A stretch of DNA of 64,000 nt. Origin: Bispira polyomma (Eukaryota). Numbering within the stretch: position 1 is the stretch's first letter; each line of letters begins with the position of its first letter. Below the pieces are notes generated by a model. The model ran no database searches and had not been told where the DNA came from. It saw only the letters and a list, made by a program, of their open reading frames with translations. A program made the translations under genes and the position numbers. The DNA lies in contig OZ287749.1 of NCBI GenBank assembly GCA_965649765.1, positions 94,240,001 to 94,304,000 on the forward strand, written 5' to 3'. Positions 13,259 through 27,100 of the stretch are shown here, piece by piece.

Positions 13259-13511
13259 TACCAAATCCAATTATAAAACACTTAACACAGGATGGTTTTC
13301 CAGAAAATATGTCGTATTTTGTTCATGAGATATCATATTCAACACCTCATTAGAAGTAAATGGGCGGTCGTATAGACTGAAGCTCATTTAAATTAGGCTA
13401 CCCAAACTGCATGTGTTAAGTACAATATGCAGCACAGTCTGAAATGTGCTAATGATATTGAGTGATGGTGACAGCCAAAGGCCAAATAAAGGTCAAATCT
13501 AAGCCAGAGCA

Positions 13512-13750
13512 GGGCTGGTATTCTGGAAATAAACTCATGCTTAAACTCAAACTCACTTCAAATATGGGCTGTGCAGAAATCCTTGTACATGGAAATAATC
13601 TGTACGTGTGACCATTCATTTAAATAGACCTTTCAGCACTGAATTTAAATATAAAGTCAGATTTAAAGATGTTTACTTCATCCAGAGTTATCATTGACAT
13701 TCCAGATTTGAGTTGAGTATGAGCTGAGTATACGTTCGCGAATACAGATC
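13512..13750. mobile_element. ~240-bp MITE (Harbinger-like); inverted homologous copy at 30488-30730
   Basis: AAACTCA/TGAGTT subterminal motifs. The internal sequence (GTGACCATTCATTT...TTTCAGCACTGAATT) recurs reverse-complemented at ~30600-30640. Confidence 0.55.
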
Positions 13751-14654
13751 CAGACTCACTATAAGACATTCTAATTATAAGGATAAGTTCAGTAAATTAT
13801 AAACCGTAGAAGCAATTTGTGATTTGTAGAACAAGATCAGTGATATGGCTTTTTGAGAATAAAGATAATCATGATGATTCATATTGTTTGTTTTTTTATG
13901 AAGAAACAAATCTTTAAACTCAATACACCAAAATCTTTGTAACAGCTTCTGGAATTGGAAATGTACCAAATATGTAAAGCATAATTGATAACTGTTTTTA
14001 ACTTTCTTTACATTTGGCAACATTAGGTACAATGGTTTTTGTGACACTAAATTGGATATTTATAAGGAGCCAGTTGCCAGTAACACACTAAATGTGACAA
14101 AAAGTAAAACTTTTCTTTTTCTAAGCACTATATCACTAATCCTGTGCTATCATATATCACACAATATAATAATAGAATCTGTGTAGGTACAGGTACTTTT
14201 ACTTCAAAGTCAAATCTTAAGAAGCTAAGATAAGATAGTAAGTATGACCTGATTGTAGTTCCCATTGTTACCACATGGTGGCAACAGTGGAGAAACCAAT
14301 GGTGTTCATTAAATGTACAGAGAAAATACAGGAAATGCCTTAAATCAATACAAACACTATTATTACTATAGGTATCCTACTGAAAAACTCAGGGGGTGAA
14401 AACATTAACCCTAATTAAGTGTGAAATAGTTCACATCCAAAACAACAGTACAGAGCTATAGGACTGTAGATAAACATAGAATGGTCTCAGTTTAGTAAAA
14501 TCATATGATGTAATCATGTAACCTTTGTCAAAAAGCCTGATACTTAAACAGTCACTCAGTTCAAAATACATTAGAACCTTTATTTTACGTACAATGTGAT
14601 AATCTGTTTGGATAATAGAATGTTCATAAAGTAGAACACATATTCTATATTAAG

Positions 14655-15000
14655 TGGTGGTAATTTCCTTGTTGTTCCGAAGTTCCACCCATCTACTCAA
14701 AAGTCGGTTAAACAGTTTGGTCACAGCTTTGCTTTTGATGCTCCCATTGTTTGGAATGGTCTTCCTGATGTGATTCGTGCTTTCCCCTCACTAGCCTGTT
14801 TTAGAAAGAAGCCTAAAACCCACTTGTACACTAAAGCATATCCACCTTAGTCTCAATCATCCCCCCGGCGCGCTCTATGTTGCTGACCCTTTTTCTGTCC
14901 CTTGATTTTGGAAATTGGATAACTGTCTTTTGTGCTGGTGCACCTTAGAGTCCCCTTTGTTAAGGGGAGATTAAGTGCAATAAAAGTCTAATTACAATAT
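14655..15000 (+). mobile_element. LINE (L2/CR1-group) 3' fragment
   Basis: Encodes FGHSFAFDAPIVWNGLPDVIR...FRKKPKTHLYTKAYPP*, the typical C-terminus of L2/CR1-group ORF2, followed by a 3' UTR/tail. Confidence 0.7.
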
Positions 15001-15064
15001 TAAATGTGGAAGAGTGTCACTCTCACAGTGAAATGAAGTTCATGAAATCTAAGATATAAATAAC

Positions 15065-15173
15065 GGGGGCCGTATTCACGAAGGGACTTAGCCAGGTCTT
15101 AGGCCTAAATCAGTATACTTTTGTGCTAGATTTAAGCCTAAGACTTGGCTTAGTCAATTCGTGAATACAGCCC
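15065..15173. mobile_element. ~110-bp palindromic MITE, copy 2
   Basis: GGGGGCCGTATTCACG...CGTGAATACAGCCC; homologous to 5449-5558. Confidence 0.65.
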
Positions 15174-17010
15174 TTGGAGTTCAGATAATAGAGGTTTTGG
15201 TTTACTGGGTTTGAATACCCACTTCTTGATAAAAGACTCTATTTGTTAATTTTTAAAGGGTAATAGAGCAGTAACAAAAATTTGCTTAAGGGAGACTGCT
15301 TTTTACAAACTTTTCCGATTTTGGGATACTGCTAAAAAATAAACAACCCAGTAATAACCAGTTAGAAATGTCATCAAAAACAGGAAGCAATCAGATGTTT
15401 AGAACCAAAATAAACATACATACATTATTAGTGTGTCTGGTAACAGATAAAAGTACAAAAAAAACTTCAAATTTCAAAGTACGCCAACATATAATGCATA
15501 AAACCTATTGTTTTGATTGAATAGATAGAGTTTGGTAAGCATTTGAAATATTCAAAATTCTGGTTCCTTTATTTGATTACGCCGGTTGAGTGCTAAAATG
15601 ATACAGATCCAGAAAGACTGAGAGTAAGGTCTCATCCCTGGTATTTTGATGTCCTAAACATCATCTAGTTTGGCAATTAAGATGTAAAAGTAATAGCTTG
15701 GGTCACACTATTTTCATAAAGGTTCCAGTTCAATGTTATAGTTCACCGCTTCTCACACATTAAGAACTTGTATGCACCTATACTAACTTAACTAAAACAA
15801 AAAAATAAATAGAAATAAAGTGGAGTAACACTCCAAAATAACCATCAAGGGTGATTTACTAGACAAATTTAAGTCATAAAATAAACTCACTGCTTTGTAA
15901 AAACTAATTTTTTCCTGGCCAAATTCCAATAAGATTTCTACCACATCCCTTAAAGCAACCACACCAAATCAGTTTTGCAATACACAAAAAATGTGATATG
16001 TAAACAATGTTTACCACATGCAAATATGTTTAAACCATGTATCAAATGATAAATATTAAATATTGGTTATACAAGGAACAGCCATGATTCCACACATTAC
16101 TTGAGGCTTCTGTAAATTTGACATTAAAGGTTTCAGTTTTTAGTTTCATGGATAATTTGACAAAATAAATAGTTAAACAAGTAATGCTTTTATGCTTTCA
16201 TTTTGTAAAAAATTGGCTTGCCAGGAACTATGGACCATATCAGTTGACATACTAGAAGTATTAATTTGTAGAACCTGCAGTATTCAAACTTAAATATTTA
16301 CAGATGTTCTATCTTAGGACCAGATTACTTCTTTTCTAAGCCTTGAATCACATTTTAAAAATACATATTACACAAAAACATCCAAATATCCACCAGATTT
16401 TCCGACAACTGATGTCATGTAACATATGAAAGCGTAGACTTGCTTCCCTGTAGTATTAAAATAACGATACCTTTCTATCATTTGATGAAACATCTATATC
16501 TACACATAATCTTGCCTTTCTATTATCAGTTCTACCGTGCTGCCTATATTAGTTAAAACAGATTTTAAATTGACTGATTCACTTGTTCTGAACAGTAAAC
16601 TGTTAATCACAAACATTTACTTACTTGTTCAATATTTGCATATGTATCACTAACTACTCAGTTTTTTAAGCCCATATATTTACTACAAATTACAAAGAAC
16701 ACAATATATTTAGCAGTATCCTCCCTTGGGGAAACTAAAAAAAAATACTCCCTTTTCCTTCTTTTTACCTGGGAAACCAAACAGCAGAGCTTTCCTATGG
16801 ATGTTTTGCTCATTAATCCTCCTTAATTTAATTAAATCTCCACAAAAAGGGTATTTTCTTTGATTTTTCAACTTGGCTGCTTTTTACTAACGTTTTTAGA
16901 GTAGTACTTTGAACAGAAGAGCAATCAACAAACCTCCATTTACACAAGCAAATGACCCATATATGAACACTAACTGGAACCCAAGAGTGAGCAGCAGAAG
17001 ATATAAATCC

Positions 17011-17260
17011 TCCCACCATGGAACCAGAGCTAGGTAGATAGCCTCACAGCTGTAAATGGGATCCAGGTGAGTTAATAGCTAGCCTGTCTTCAGGATTAAC
17101 TCAAGATAGAAATCTTTCCCACCAAGGAACCAGAGCTAGGTAGAGAGCCTTACAGCAGTAAAATAACTGGCATCCAGGTGAGTTAATAGCTAGCCTGTCT
17201 TCAGGATCAACTCAAGATCTCCCACCAAGGAACCAGTCAGCTAGGTAGATAGCCTCAGCA
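17011..17260. repeat. Local tandem repeat, ~105-bp unit x ~2.3
   Basis: CCCACCAAGGAACCAGAGCTAGGTAGATAGCCT... recurs at ~17012, ~17118 and ~17221. Confidence 0.8.
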
Positions 17261-19003
17261 GTATTATCTTTAAGTAATTCCTATTTTACACCAAAAGAGT
17301 TGACCAAAAACCTCAAAATATAAATAAATTGGGCATAGAGCATTTTTTTACATAAAGATTTTAAATTGTGATAATATTGCGATATGTCATCATGAAAATC
17401 TGGTAATATTATGATTTCATGTTTGATTGATGTGGACATCACTAGGCTCAAGTGTTGCCGTTTGTTGTAGAAATATAGTCTTAAACGGGCATACTTTGTT
17501 TGGAAAAGTTTATCTCAACTTTCCAACAACTGTTTTTCAGAAGGAAGCTGAAGGTTACTTCAAGGAATGTTTACATATAGGCAAAAACTGTGTTTCAAAT
17601 TGGGCAAAGATATCTGTAACGCCTTGTCTGTGAACAATAAAACTTTATTTTTAAGAAATCACAATACTGACAATAGTGGCCATCTTGTTTACAAATACAA
17701 AATTAAGCCAAAGATCAGCAGGAGCAAGATATTATAGCAATAAACATATCCTGAAAATTTGGTGAGGCTAGCTGCAAAAGTTTTTTGTGAAAGTGGTAAC
17801 AAAGAAAATTTCTACACACAGCGGGGACGACTAACCATGTGTAAGTCACAGTATCCAACAGATGTATCTAGTGAAAACAACCGATGTTCTACTTCTACAT
17901 ACCATTTGCTTGATTTAGGTATTACAACTTTAAGATTCAGGAATTAAACAAAATATTAAAACAAAAAAATCAGATGAATGTCATTGTGTCCCCTGCTCTT
18001 AGGTAAGTTGGAGAGAGAAAAAAATTGTATAAACGCAGAGAAGTATAAAACAAGCATCCAGTGGTAGCATCACTTTATTTTAAGGAAATGGAACAGATTA
18101 TCAACCAAATATGAATGAAATCCATGGACAAAGCAATCCCTATGTGTCTGCCAGAGCAGGGGATACAAAAACTTGATGTGGTCACAGGGCCAGTTTGCCT
18201 AGTGGCTCGGATGACCACTTAAATTCTCCAATGGCAGATTCAAGATCCTTGGGATGTTGATAAAAGGTCATTCCCAAGCAAGTCTCGGTGCCCATAGTGT
18301 CTGCCTATGAGGAAGTGCATTTGAAATGACCCTGTGTTGTATAAGTGCACTATAACAAAATTGTAATGTCATATTTCATTTCATTTAACAGGCCCTAAAT
18401 CCTTTATAATCAATAAATCAGTTCAATATCTTTAAAAATTCCACTATACGCTAACTTGTCTTCTATTAACACCAGTTTCGTATTATGTACTCTTGTACTA
18501 AAATACTACTAACCATTTAACCATCGGTAAAGTTTTTACCATAATTGCAGCCTTGGAAGTAATGTGTTACATACAAACTGTTGGCAGTAACTCATTAGTA
18601 CTGTAATGTTACATAATGACATAGCTATATTAGTTATTAGAAGTTACATGTTTATGGATTCCCATAGGTCCACATATCGCTGACTCGGTGATGTTGAGCA
18701 ACATTTTACTGCACATTTGAAGTCAGCTCCAAACGCTGTTGAATATTCACAAGTTTTGGTTATTTTTGTATATGGAAGAACTTTCTACACTGCATTAATT
18801 GGAGTTGAGTAGGAGTTCGAGGCTTTGATCACACTTAAAAAAAATACACGCTGAGGTCTGTGATCAACATTAAGAGAACGTTAGGATTTTTATCTATCGG
18901 TTATCTATCACAGACTATCAAAATTTATCTTATAATTTCTTGTTACATTTCCAGTAGCAGAATTGTTTTAAAATTTTGAATATTGACCTGGGAAACCTAT
19001 AAA

Positions 19004-19190
19004 CAGTAGAACCTCTATTATCTGACCCTCTATTATCTGAATATTCTATTTTACAAACTCGAATTCACTCTCCCAAAATGTTTTTTTTTGCTATTGTTTC
19101 ATACTAAAATGTCCCTTCTATTTTACATACCTTCTATTACCCAAAGAATTCTCACTCTCCCAATATGGTCGGATAATAGAGGTTCTACTG
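19004..19190. mobile_element. Tc1/mariner (pogo-like) MITE
   Basis: TIRs CAGTAGAACCTCTATTATCTGACC / GGTCGGATAATAGAGGTTCTACTG with TA on the right flank. Related ends near 52003, 55261 and 58303-58650. Confidence 0.75.
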
Positions 19191-19360
19191 TATAACATAT
19201 ATGAAGAACATTTATTTTTCCTGTCAGAACTTCCTGTAGCAGTCCCTTTCTTTTTTGTGAAATATCTCGTGTCATATCTGTATATCTCAACTACCTCAAG
19301 CTATCTCTCCTACACAAGCTCTTCATTTTATCATAAATTTTGGTGATAAACATTATTCTC

Positions 19361-19700
19361 TTGTCTAGTGGTTAAAGTGTTTGCCTTTGAATCGGAGGGT
19401 CCACGTTCGATCCTCACTGCTGGCCTGGTGATTGTATCCTTGGACAAGATTCTTTAGACAAAACTACCCAGGTGTATAAATGGGTACCTGGCCACTAGGG
19501 GGTGTTAGTCTTTGTGCGCCGTATGTGGCAGCATAGTCTTTGTGCGCCGTATGTGGCCGCATGGCTATTATGCTTTCTGAGGCAGCTGAGACTGAACAAT
19601 TGGTCGACAAGTGGAAGAATACAGGCTGGGGGTATGAATTGTAAAGTCAGATGAGACCTCAATAGAGGTCATTTCAGACTATAAACCTACACACATTTAC
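19361..19700 (+). mobile_element. tRNA-derived SINE with CORE-like central domain
   Basis: Pol III A box (TCTAGTGGTTAA) and B box (GTTCGATCC), then GTATCCTTGGACAAG...CCCAGGTGTATAAATGGGTACC (CORE-like). Internal ~28-bp duplication at ~19507-19562. Confidence 0.65.
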
Positions 19701-19722
19701 CCGAACACTAGAACACCTTGGC

Positions 19723-19971
19723 AGGGGCTGCGGTGGCCTAGTGGTTAGCAAGCATTGCGCTTCACAATCACTGGTCTCTCACCTCTGGGCGGCGTGAGTT
19801 CGAATCCTGTCGATGCCTATGTGGGAAAGGTGGTTGTTCCTTACTGTGGGCCGCTGGTTTCATTGCAGAACCTTGATCAACTGTATGCAGTGTTTCCTCC
19901 AGCGTTTCCAACTACCCGTCCCAATATAACCTAAACAGGTACTAGGGTGGACGTTAAATATATAAATTCAA
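19723..19971 (+). mobile_element. tRNA-derived SINE, full length, 13-bp TSD
   Basis: A box GGTGGCCTAGTGGTTAG and B box GTTCGAATCC. Flanked by the direct repeat AGAACACCTTGGC (19710-19722 and 19972-19984). Second copy at 56389-56645. Confidence 0.85.
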
Positions 19972-20395
19972 AGAACACCTTGGCCAGGCTATGTGTTGTC
20001 TTACCTTTAAGGCCATGATAGCTACCACAAATACCTTAACACATCAAAGGAGGCAGCTAGTACCCTAAAACAAACCCTGTGGCAGCGGGAATTTCATGTA
20101 ATACTGACTCCTTAGCTGTTCATGTATAACTTGTACAAACTAAATTAACCCACACTAAGTTAAAGAAAGCCTAGGCTTCCATGTTACCAATCTCAATTTT
20201 ATGTGTGCTGAACAGATACGTCTTAAATAGATGTTGGCCTAATTCTGTTTCCATGCAGCCGACAAAATTCTGTTTTTGTGTTGTGTCACCTTTCATTGGA
20301 ATCACACTTTGGAAAGACATAACAAAATCACCCAAAAATCGGCCAGATTTATCAATTTTTTTCGCACCTCAGCATAAAAAAAAATCCAAAGCCTA

Positions 20396-21161
20396 AAGCC
20401 CATTGCACACTAAACCCGGTGCGGCGTGAAAAAAAAATAACCAGTCATTGCACACTAAAACCAGCGCGACGCGGCCCGTTTTTTTTTTAAATAGACATTG
20501 TTCTATATTTTTGTGGTGTCGCGTCTGAGTCATTCACAGAATGACTGGCCAGCAAATGCATCTATCATATACATCTTTATCAAAGGTCAGCTGATGACAC
20601 TGTATGAGCATGGGAGTCTTTTATAGGCAAGATTAATGGTCAACTGCAATGTAAAAGTTTCAGCAGGGATAAAAATGTTGACACTGGCCCACACCAAATA
20701 TTTAACTCTCATGGTTAATTGCAATCGATTGCAATTATTAATGACATCTCTGCTAAATCACTACAATCTCATTTTAAATATAATTTGGTATTTAAGGATG
20801 TGGCAATACATGCTACAACATTTATTCTTAATTGCAATTTTAAAAAGTTGCAAAGCAAACGGGGCCATCATAATGATTAAAGTTTATACGACTACTACAG
20901 ATTGGTGTGCAGATTGACAACATATGCTCTTTTCAGATACAGTTTTCATCTATTCAATGATTTTGATTGCTGACAAGTATGTGACATATATTTTAGAACA
21001 TATTATACAAAATGGTTCTTTAATATTTTAATCTCTATACTTTATTTCAATGTTACTGCTGTGTACTGTCGCTTTTGGTGTGCAAGCAAGGTATATTTGC
21101 TCCAGTGCCGCATCGGCAAGGGCCGTGTCGCGTTGCGCCGGATTCAGTCTACAATGGGCCT
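20396..21161. mobile_element. Non-autonomous Harbinger-like DNA transposon
   Basis: AAAGCCCATTGCACACTAAACCCGG at the left end and CCGGATTCAGTCTACAATGGGCCT at the right end are imperfect TIRs. Confidence 0.55.
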
Positions 21162-24100
21162 ATCTACCAACATATAATCTCACCTGACATATGGAAGTGG
21201 CTTCACCGTAAGTATTGCGATAAAAATAAAATTGGCGGCAGATGTTGGCTGGCTTCAGCCGATTTATATCTGACACATGACAGCATAGGCAAAGAAAAGT
21301 TTGCCGATAAAGTTAAAACAGTCAATAATACTTTTGGATATCTTATTTAATATGACAGCATGAGTCCTTACAAAAGACTATTTCTGATACAGGGTTTCTG
21401 AGAGCTGCAGTACTATTATAATGCTGTTCGAACTAAAGAAACATATATTCTTGAACTGTACTTTACCTGTGGGTTCTTTCATCACAAATTCTCTTAAAAC
21501 TATGTATGGCGTTTGTGTGCATTTACACAAAGCAGAATTTTTGCTACAATCTTAACTTTAATCTAGACCAAATGTAAACACTCCCAGACATTGTCTTATA
21601 TGGGACAACCTAATCAATAGTTAATACCATTTTGGAAAGCCAGCAGTTGATTTCCAAAGGACAATATTAAATTATTTAAATTTTGGAATCAAATCAATTG
21701 TTAAGAACTTAAGATCAACTTTTCTTATTAGACAAAGGATAGGATTACTGAGTATAAGCACCTTGCTATAAAAAATCCTGGAATAACCCTCAGGTGAAAA
21801 TAAATACACAGAGAATACTTCAACAAATGTTCTCCTGAAATAATCTAGACCGCTAGCATGTGCAGATAGATAGGCTGCAGCTTATATCTAATTAATTGAG
21901 TAAAAGGAATGCCTGGCACTTCACCACTGATTCACTGGGTCATTTAGCAGTAGGGAGGCCATACATCCCTACAGAGTGAGAGGTCCAGTTCTAATAAACT
22001 TGAAGGTATATGTGTATAGATATAAATAATATACACAGAGCCAGCAGAGGCATTCACTTTCGTTACAGTACATTTCATCACCATTTTTTGGGGCAAGGGT
22101 CACTTGACTCACTTTAGTCTTAAGGTTGGAATCAGGTTGCATTCTACCATATCCTATCCAAAGCCATCTTCTCTACTTCCTAATTCCTGTTGCCGGAGAC
22201 GTTATATTTGTCTATGCAGAAGGCTTTTGATTGGAAATGGTATGTGTGGCCAGAATGTTTTCATGATTTGATAATATTCTTTAATTTCTCTAGTCACCAC
22301 CTCTTTTGCAAAAAGGGTCACTTTCATCATGTTATAACTGTCAAACTTAAGTACCTTCTGCTACTGAATTTTAAACAAAACTCAAAATGGTGACAAAAGT
22401 GGCCCAACAAAAATGGCGGTGATAAAAGTGACTCTCTGTAAAAATTGTAATGACGAAAGTGACCGCTTGCCAAAAATAGTGACAAAGGTGCTGGTGACAA
22501 GAGTTATGATGATGAAAGTGAGTTCCAAATAGCCACCTGGACTGGCATCTGACCAGAAAGAAGAGCCAGAAATCTAGCAAATGGCCATTAAGAAACCCAT
22601 ACCTTGAAGGGCTTTTAAGCTAAAGGTCTTAAAGCATATAAACTTTATAATCATAATAACAAATTTTAACACACAATATCTTCAATTAAAAAAAAGATAT
22701 AAGTGATTAGATATAAGTGATTACACACAAGTTAATCAATTTTTTAAATCAGAGCTGAAACATAGAGGTATGACAAAAGAATTATAAAGGAAAAGCAATG
22801 TAACAAAATGATAATCTGGCCCATATGCTATCTGGAGTGATTTTACTATTTCCGGCTTCCTGGTTACAGATTATTTAAGGTAGAAACGAAAATTATGGAT
22901 AGGGTTGCAACTAAAATTCATAAAAGTAGTAAACATTTATAACTTTGGTGAACATTGACAGATATTAAAGGGGAATGACTACTTAACAATTTCAAACGCA
23001 TTTTGAAGACTAATTCACCAAAATAAATCTTCAGAAGCTATTTGATTAAGGGCCCTTCTAAAATGTACGGCCATCTTGTATTTAACAGGAAATCACCTAG
23101 TCCTATATTTTTCAAGATATCTCAAAAAAACCAACAGTTCAGACCTGTGTTCATTTATACTGAAATGTCAGGCATTTGATTGATTTTGATATATGATTTG
23201 TAGGGCCAGTACTTCGCCGGACTTCAGTATAGCCCAAAAGGCTATAAGATAATGTATAGCAAAATTGATAGTGGTCTCACTCCATCTTACAGGTCAGTTT
23301 TTCAGAATTGTTCAGCCCGTCAGTAAACTGTATGAATACTTGGTATAGCAACAGGACTGACATTTCTTTTTGGTGAAAATTGCTGGTTGTAGTTGTAGTG
23401 TATGTCTACATAATGAGTCAGAGTGTACACAGGTATGTCGGGGGACATCATGAGTGCAATGAGCGCTCTCTGTTTCACTGAGACAGCTCTTGCCATAAAT
23501 TTGCATGTGAATGCAAATTTGTAATTTAGAACAACTAGAATTTATGCCTACAATGACCTTGATTGTGCAAGTCAGCATCAGTATATTGCAGTTTTCACAT
23601 CATTCAGTTTGTAGAAACTGCAGTTGGTTTGGAATCTCCTTTACCGGTTTGAAAAAAATGGTAAGAACATCAATGAAATTGAAAACTGATTAAACAGTTT
23701 TTGTGTTTACAACTTTAGTTGTATGAGACAGTTTTTTAAAAATTGTGTGTAAAATAAGGCTAAATACACTCATTCCTGTGATTTATCGCAAATCTTTCTC
23801 TTCGGTATTTTTTTCACTTATTTCTGGAAATTAGAGGATACCAATGTGTGTTAGTATATGGAACAGAAGATGCAGTCATATTTCACCAGAATTCAATTCA
23901 AGTTAACTGGCGCACAACTGGCAAAACCTGTGGGAACATTACTTGCAGACTAATTAGTGTAGTATAATGGATGTGTTTGAGCTTTAACAGGCAGACTGCT
24001 ACATAACATAGGCACAAAGTATTATCCAAGGAAACACATTTTCAACTCAAGTTACTAAATAGGTAATTAGCCCTTTCTGGACCAGATAAATACAGCTAAT

Positions 24101-27100
24101 CAATAACTGACAGCCATACTCTTGTATTATTGTATCTCAAAAACAAAAGATTATCTCATAGTGATATTTGACTAAAGGGCCGCTCCTACTTTCAAACTGG
24201 CCTTGCGATTATCTCCTCTTACCCAGCACGTGTCTGCCGTTGCAAAAATGTGCCTTTATCACCAATCATATCCGGTTTTTAATCGCAGTCTGTTAAATTA
24301 TATTACGTATTGAGGAAAGTATAGCGATGCCCCTGCTGTGTCAAGTTCTTTGTGGAAATTTAAGTTTTTTTTCTAAATTTCCGCAATGGCCGTTGAGATC
24401 TATGCTTACCTAGGGTTTCAGATGGAAATCACTGTGGGTTCACATTTTTATACCGCTTATGTTGAGGGATGTTTCTGCGACCGACTAATCGCCATACACG
24501 CATAAACATTGTTTCGTAAGTCACTAAAGTGGGAGGCGGGCATAAAACAGGCTTAACTGTGTTCAGCATGCATCAAATTATAACTGAATATTTAGTTCTT
24601 GAAAGAATTTGTATAAACAGTTGGATATACATGTAATATAATTGAGATGCAAACACATTATCACTCATTATATTAGCATCCATTGCCTTAATAATAACAT
24701 CGATTTGACAATCAAGGTAATGAAAATACAGCCAGTCTGCTAAATGTTTGTAATAACAGTGCAATAAGCTTGTTTTGTGAAATTAAGCTTGTGGTGAAAT
24801 CTAATCTCTCCATCTGTATGATGTTGATCTATGTGTTGAGGCTGCAGTGCAGAGGCGCTGTGAAATAAGAAGAAAGTGCCAGAAAAAAGCACTAGGTTTG
24901 AAGTATAAGGGCAAACCATTATCTGTTAGATTTGAAACATAATCTGCTAATGGAATATTCATACCAAATTTGAACTTTTTTTCACATTGGCCATAAACAA
25001 AAAACAAAACGAGGAGAATGGCCTGGCAGCCATATCATCAGCGAAAGACATGGCGAAACGACAAATGAAAAACGGCCCAAAAATAGTGAACCATCAGTAA
25101 AATAGAACAATTGAAGCGGTGTTGAAATAGGTACAGTGTCTAGGATCTTCTATTTTCGCTCACGCTTTATAAAATGCTGACAATTTTCGCTTCTAGTAAA
25201 AAAATGACTGCTAAATAAAATTCACAGTACCTTTTCCATGGTAATTCTATTTAATCCCAACAACAATAAACATGATGCCGTCACATATTTTACTATATTA
25301 TTATATGGCGATACATCGATTTTCCACTTTCTTCCTTGCTTATACACAGCCAAAACGAGTCTGGGGATTTCCTCTTTTGAGGTATGACATCAGTTTCGGG
25401 CCTGTTTTTGTTGAGAGCGACTAACCTCAATTTGTATGTTGTTTTTTATTAGAAATGTATTAATATTCATTAAATGAAGAAGACAAAAACACTAAATAGA
25501 AGCAAGTACAATTATATATGTTTAATATTCGATTTTAATTAAAATATCTTGCATTATTGTACATATATATCTACCTATTGCCAACTTTCATCTGGAACAA
25601 ATTATACTGTCGAAACAGGCCCCAGTCTAGACATATAAATGAGCCAAGATCTGTTAGAAACTGTGATAAAACTTCACTTCGATGTTGAGAAATATTTCAA
25701 AATGCAAAGAATTGCTAATATATCTATGAAGTAGAAGGTTTGGAGAGATTTCCTTAAATAACGTATCTTTTTTCTATTTTTATATGGTTTTCGTGGTATT
25801 TTTACTGTAAACCCAAACAAGTGACTCAGCAGTTTTCAGAAACATCAAAGAAGAGATCTTGATCAGTAGAAGGTTCTAGCAACGTCTTCGTGGGAATAAA
25901 GTAGGAAAAGGGTATTGATCGTTTCACTGCGCATGCTTAAAAGATCATATGACCTTACTACGTACTCTTAATTTCATTCACAAAAAATCCATCAATGAAA
26001 CAGCGGACGACATCGCTTAATTTTTTTTACGAAAACGGAAAACTTGTCTAGAAACTGAGAAACTGGAAATGGGCGATAATGGACCCTTCAATCAAAGCAC
26101 ACGATCCCCCAACAGTCAATGACTGTTACTTACTTATTTCTAGCTATACTGACACCAAATTAAAAATGGACCATCACTGACACAAACTCCATATGTATGT
26201 CAAATATGAAAGCTGTAATCCTTGTGAGTTCTGAGATTACCCTGTTGACAGAATTTTGCCATGTGTAACCAAGGCTTTACCCCTATAACCCCCCCCTCTT
26301 TTTCCAGGATAGCATGATTATGCCAATAAGCATTGGCATAATCATGCAAAAAGCTTTTTAAAGTCACAGACATGACTTAGATGTCAAACTGCAGAACTGG
26401 TTTTCTTTTTCACAATATGAACAATACTTCCACTTTTAACAAAGGCAACTCTTTGCAAAACAGGTCTTGTTTTCCTTCTATATGCACATGTTTTCAATTA
26501 GAGTGAAATGTCCAGATAGACGACAAAATCACAACCTTCTGACTAATGGTGCGACGAGTCGGGCCAAACTCGAGTTGCAACTCGTTGGGCGATAATGGAA
26601 GCATACATCGAGTCCATACACTATCACTCTGAGTTCTCACATGTACATCCAAAACAGATAAAAACAATAATCTAGGCCTAATTTTTACAGCTAATACACA
26701 TTTTCCTTATAATTTCCAATATTCCACCACATATTTGTCATTTTGGTTTCGCGTTTGTTTGCCGCCATATTTCTAGACTGGTATCTGAGATTGGTTCATA
26801 CTAAATTCGCGGGTACGCGGATTTGGGACGGTTAGACGTTTGTGATTACTGGTGTTTTGGCTACTTGAGTCGAACTCGAGTTCAACTCGCTATTGTAGGC
26901 TCGACACTCGATCTGCAAAATAGCGGACGATCGCACCCCTACTTTTAACCTAAAATTCCTAAAATCACGCCAAATTAAGAATACTCTAGTATGATACTAG
27001 TGCTGTATTTGTACCAAATAGCAATTGACCTCTAGTTCCAGAGGTATCCTCAGTCAGCACAAGAATTTAATGATCAGAACTTCAAGGTCAAAGGTCAAAC

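Noticed and set aside
20004-20063. Minus-strand exon-like segment (TTTTAG|GGTACT...AAAG|GTAAGA) as exon 2 of the 30947 gene
   Set aside because: It has stops in all three frames (phase 0 gives GTSCLL*) yet is followed by a donor, so it cannot be supported without transcripts.
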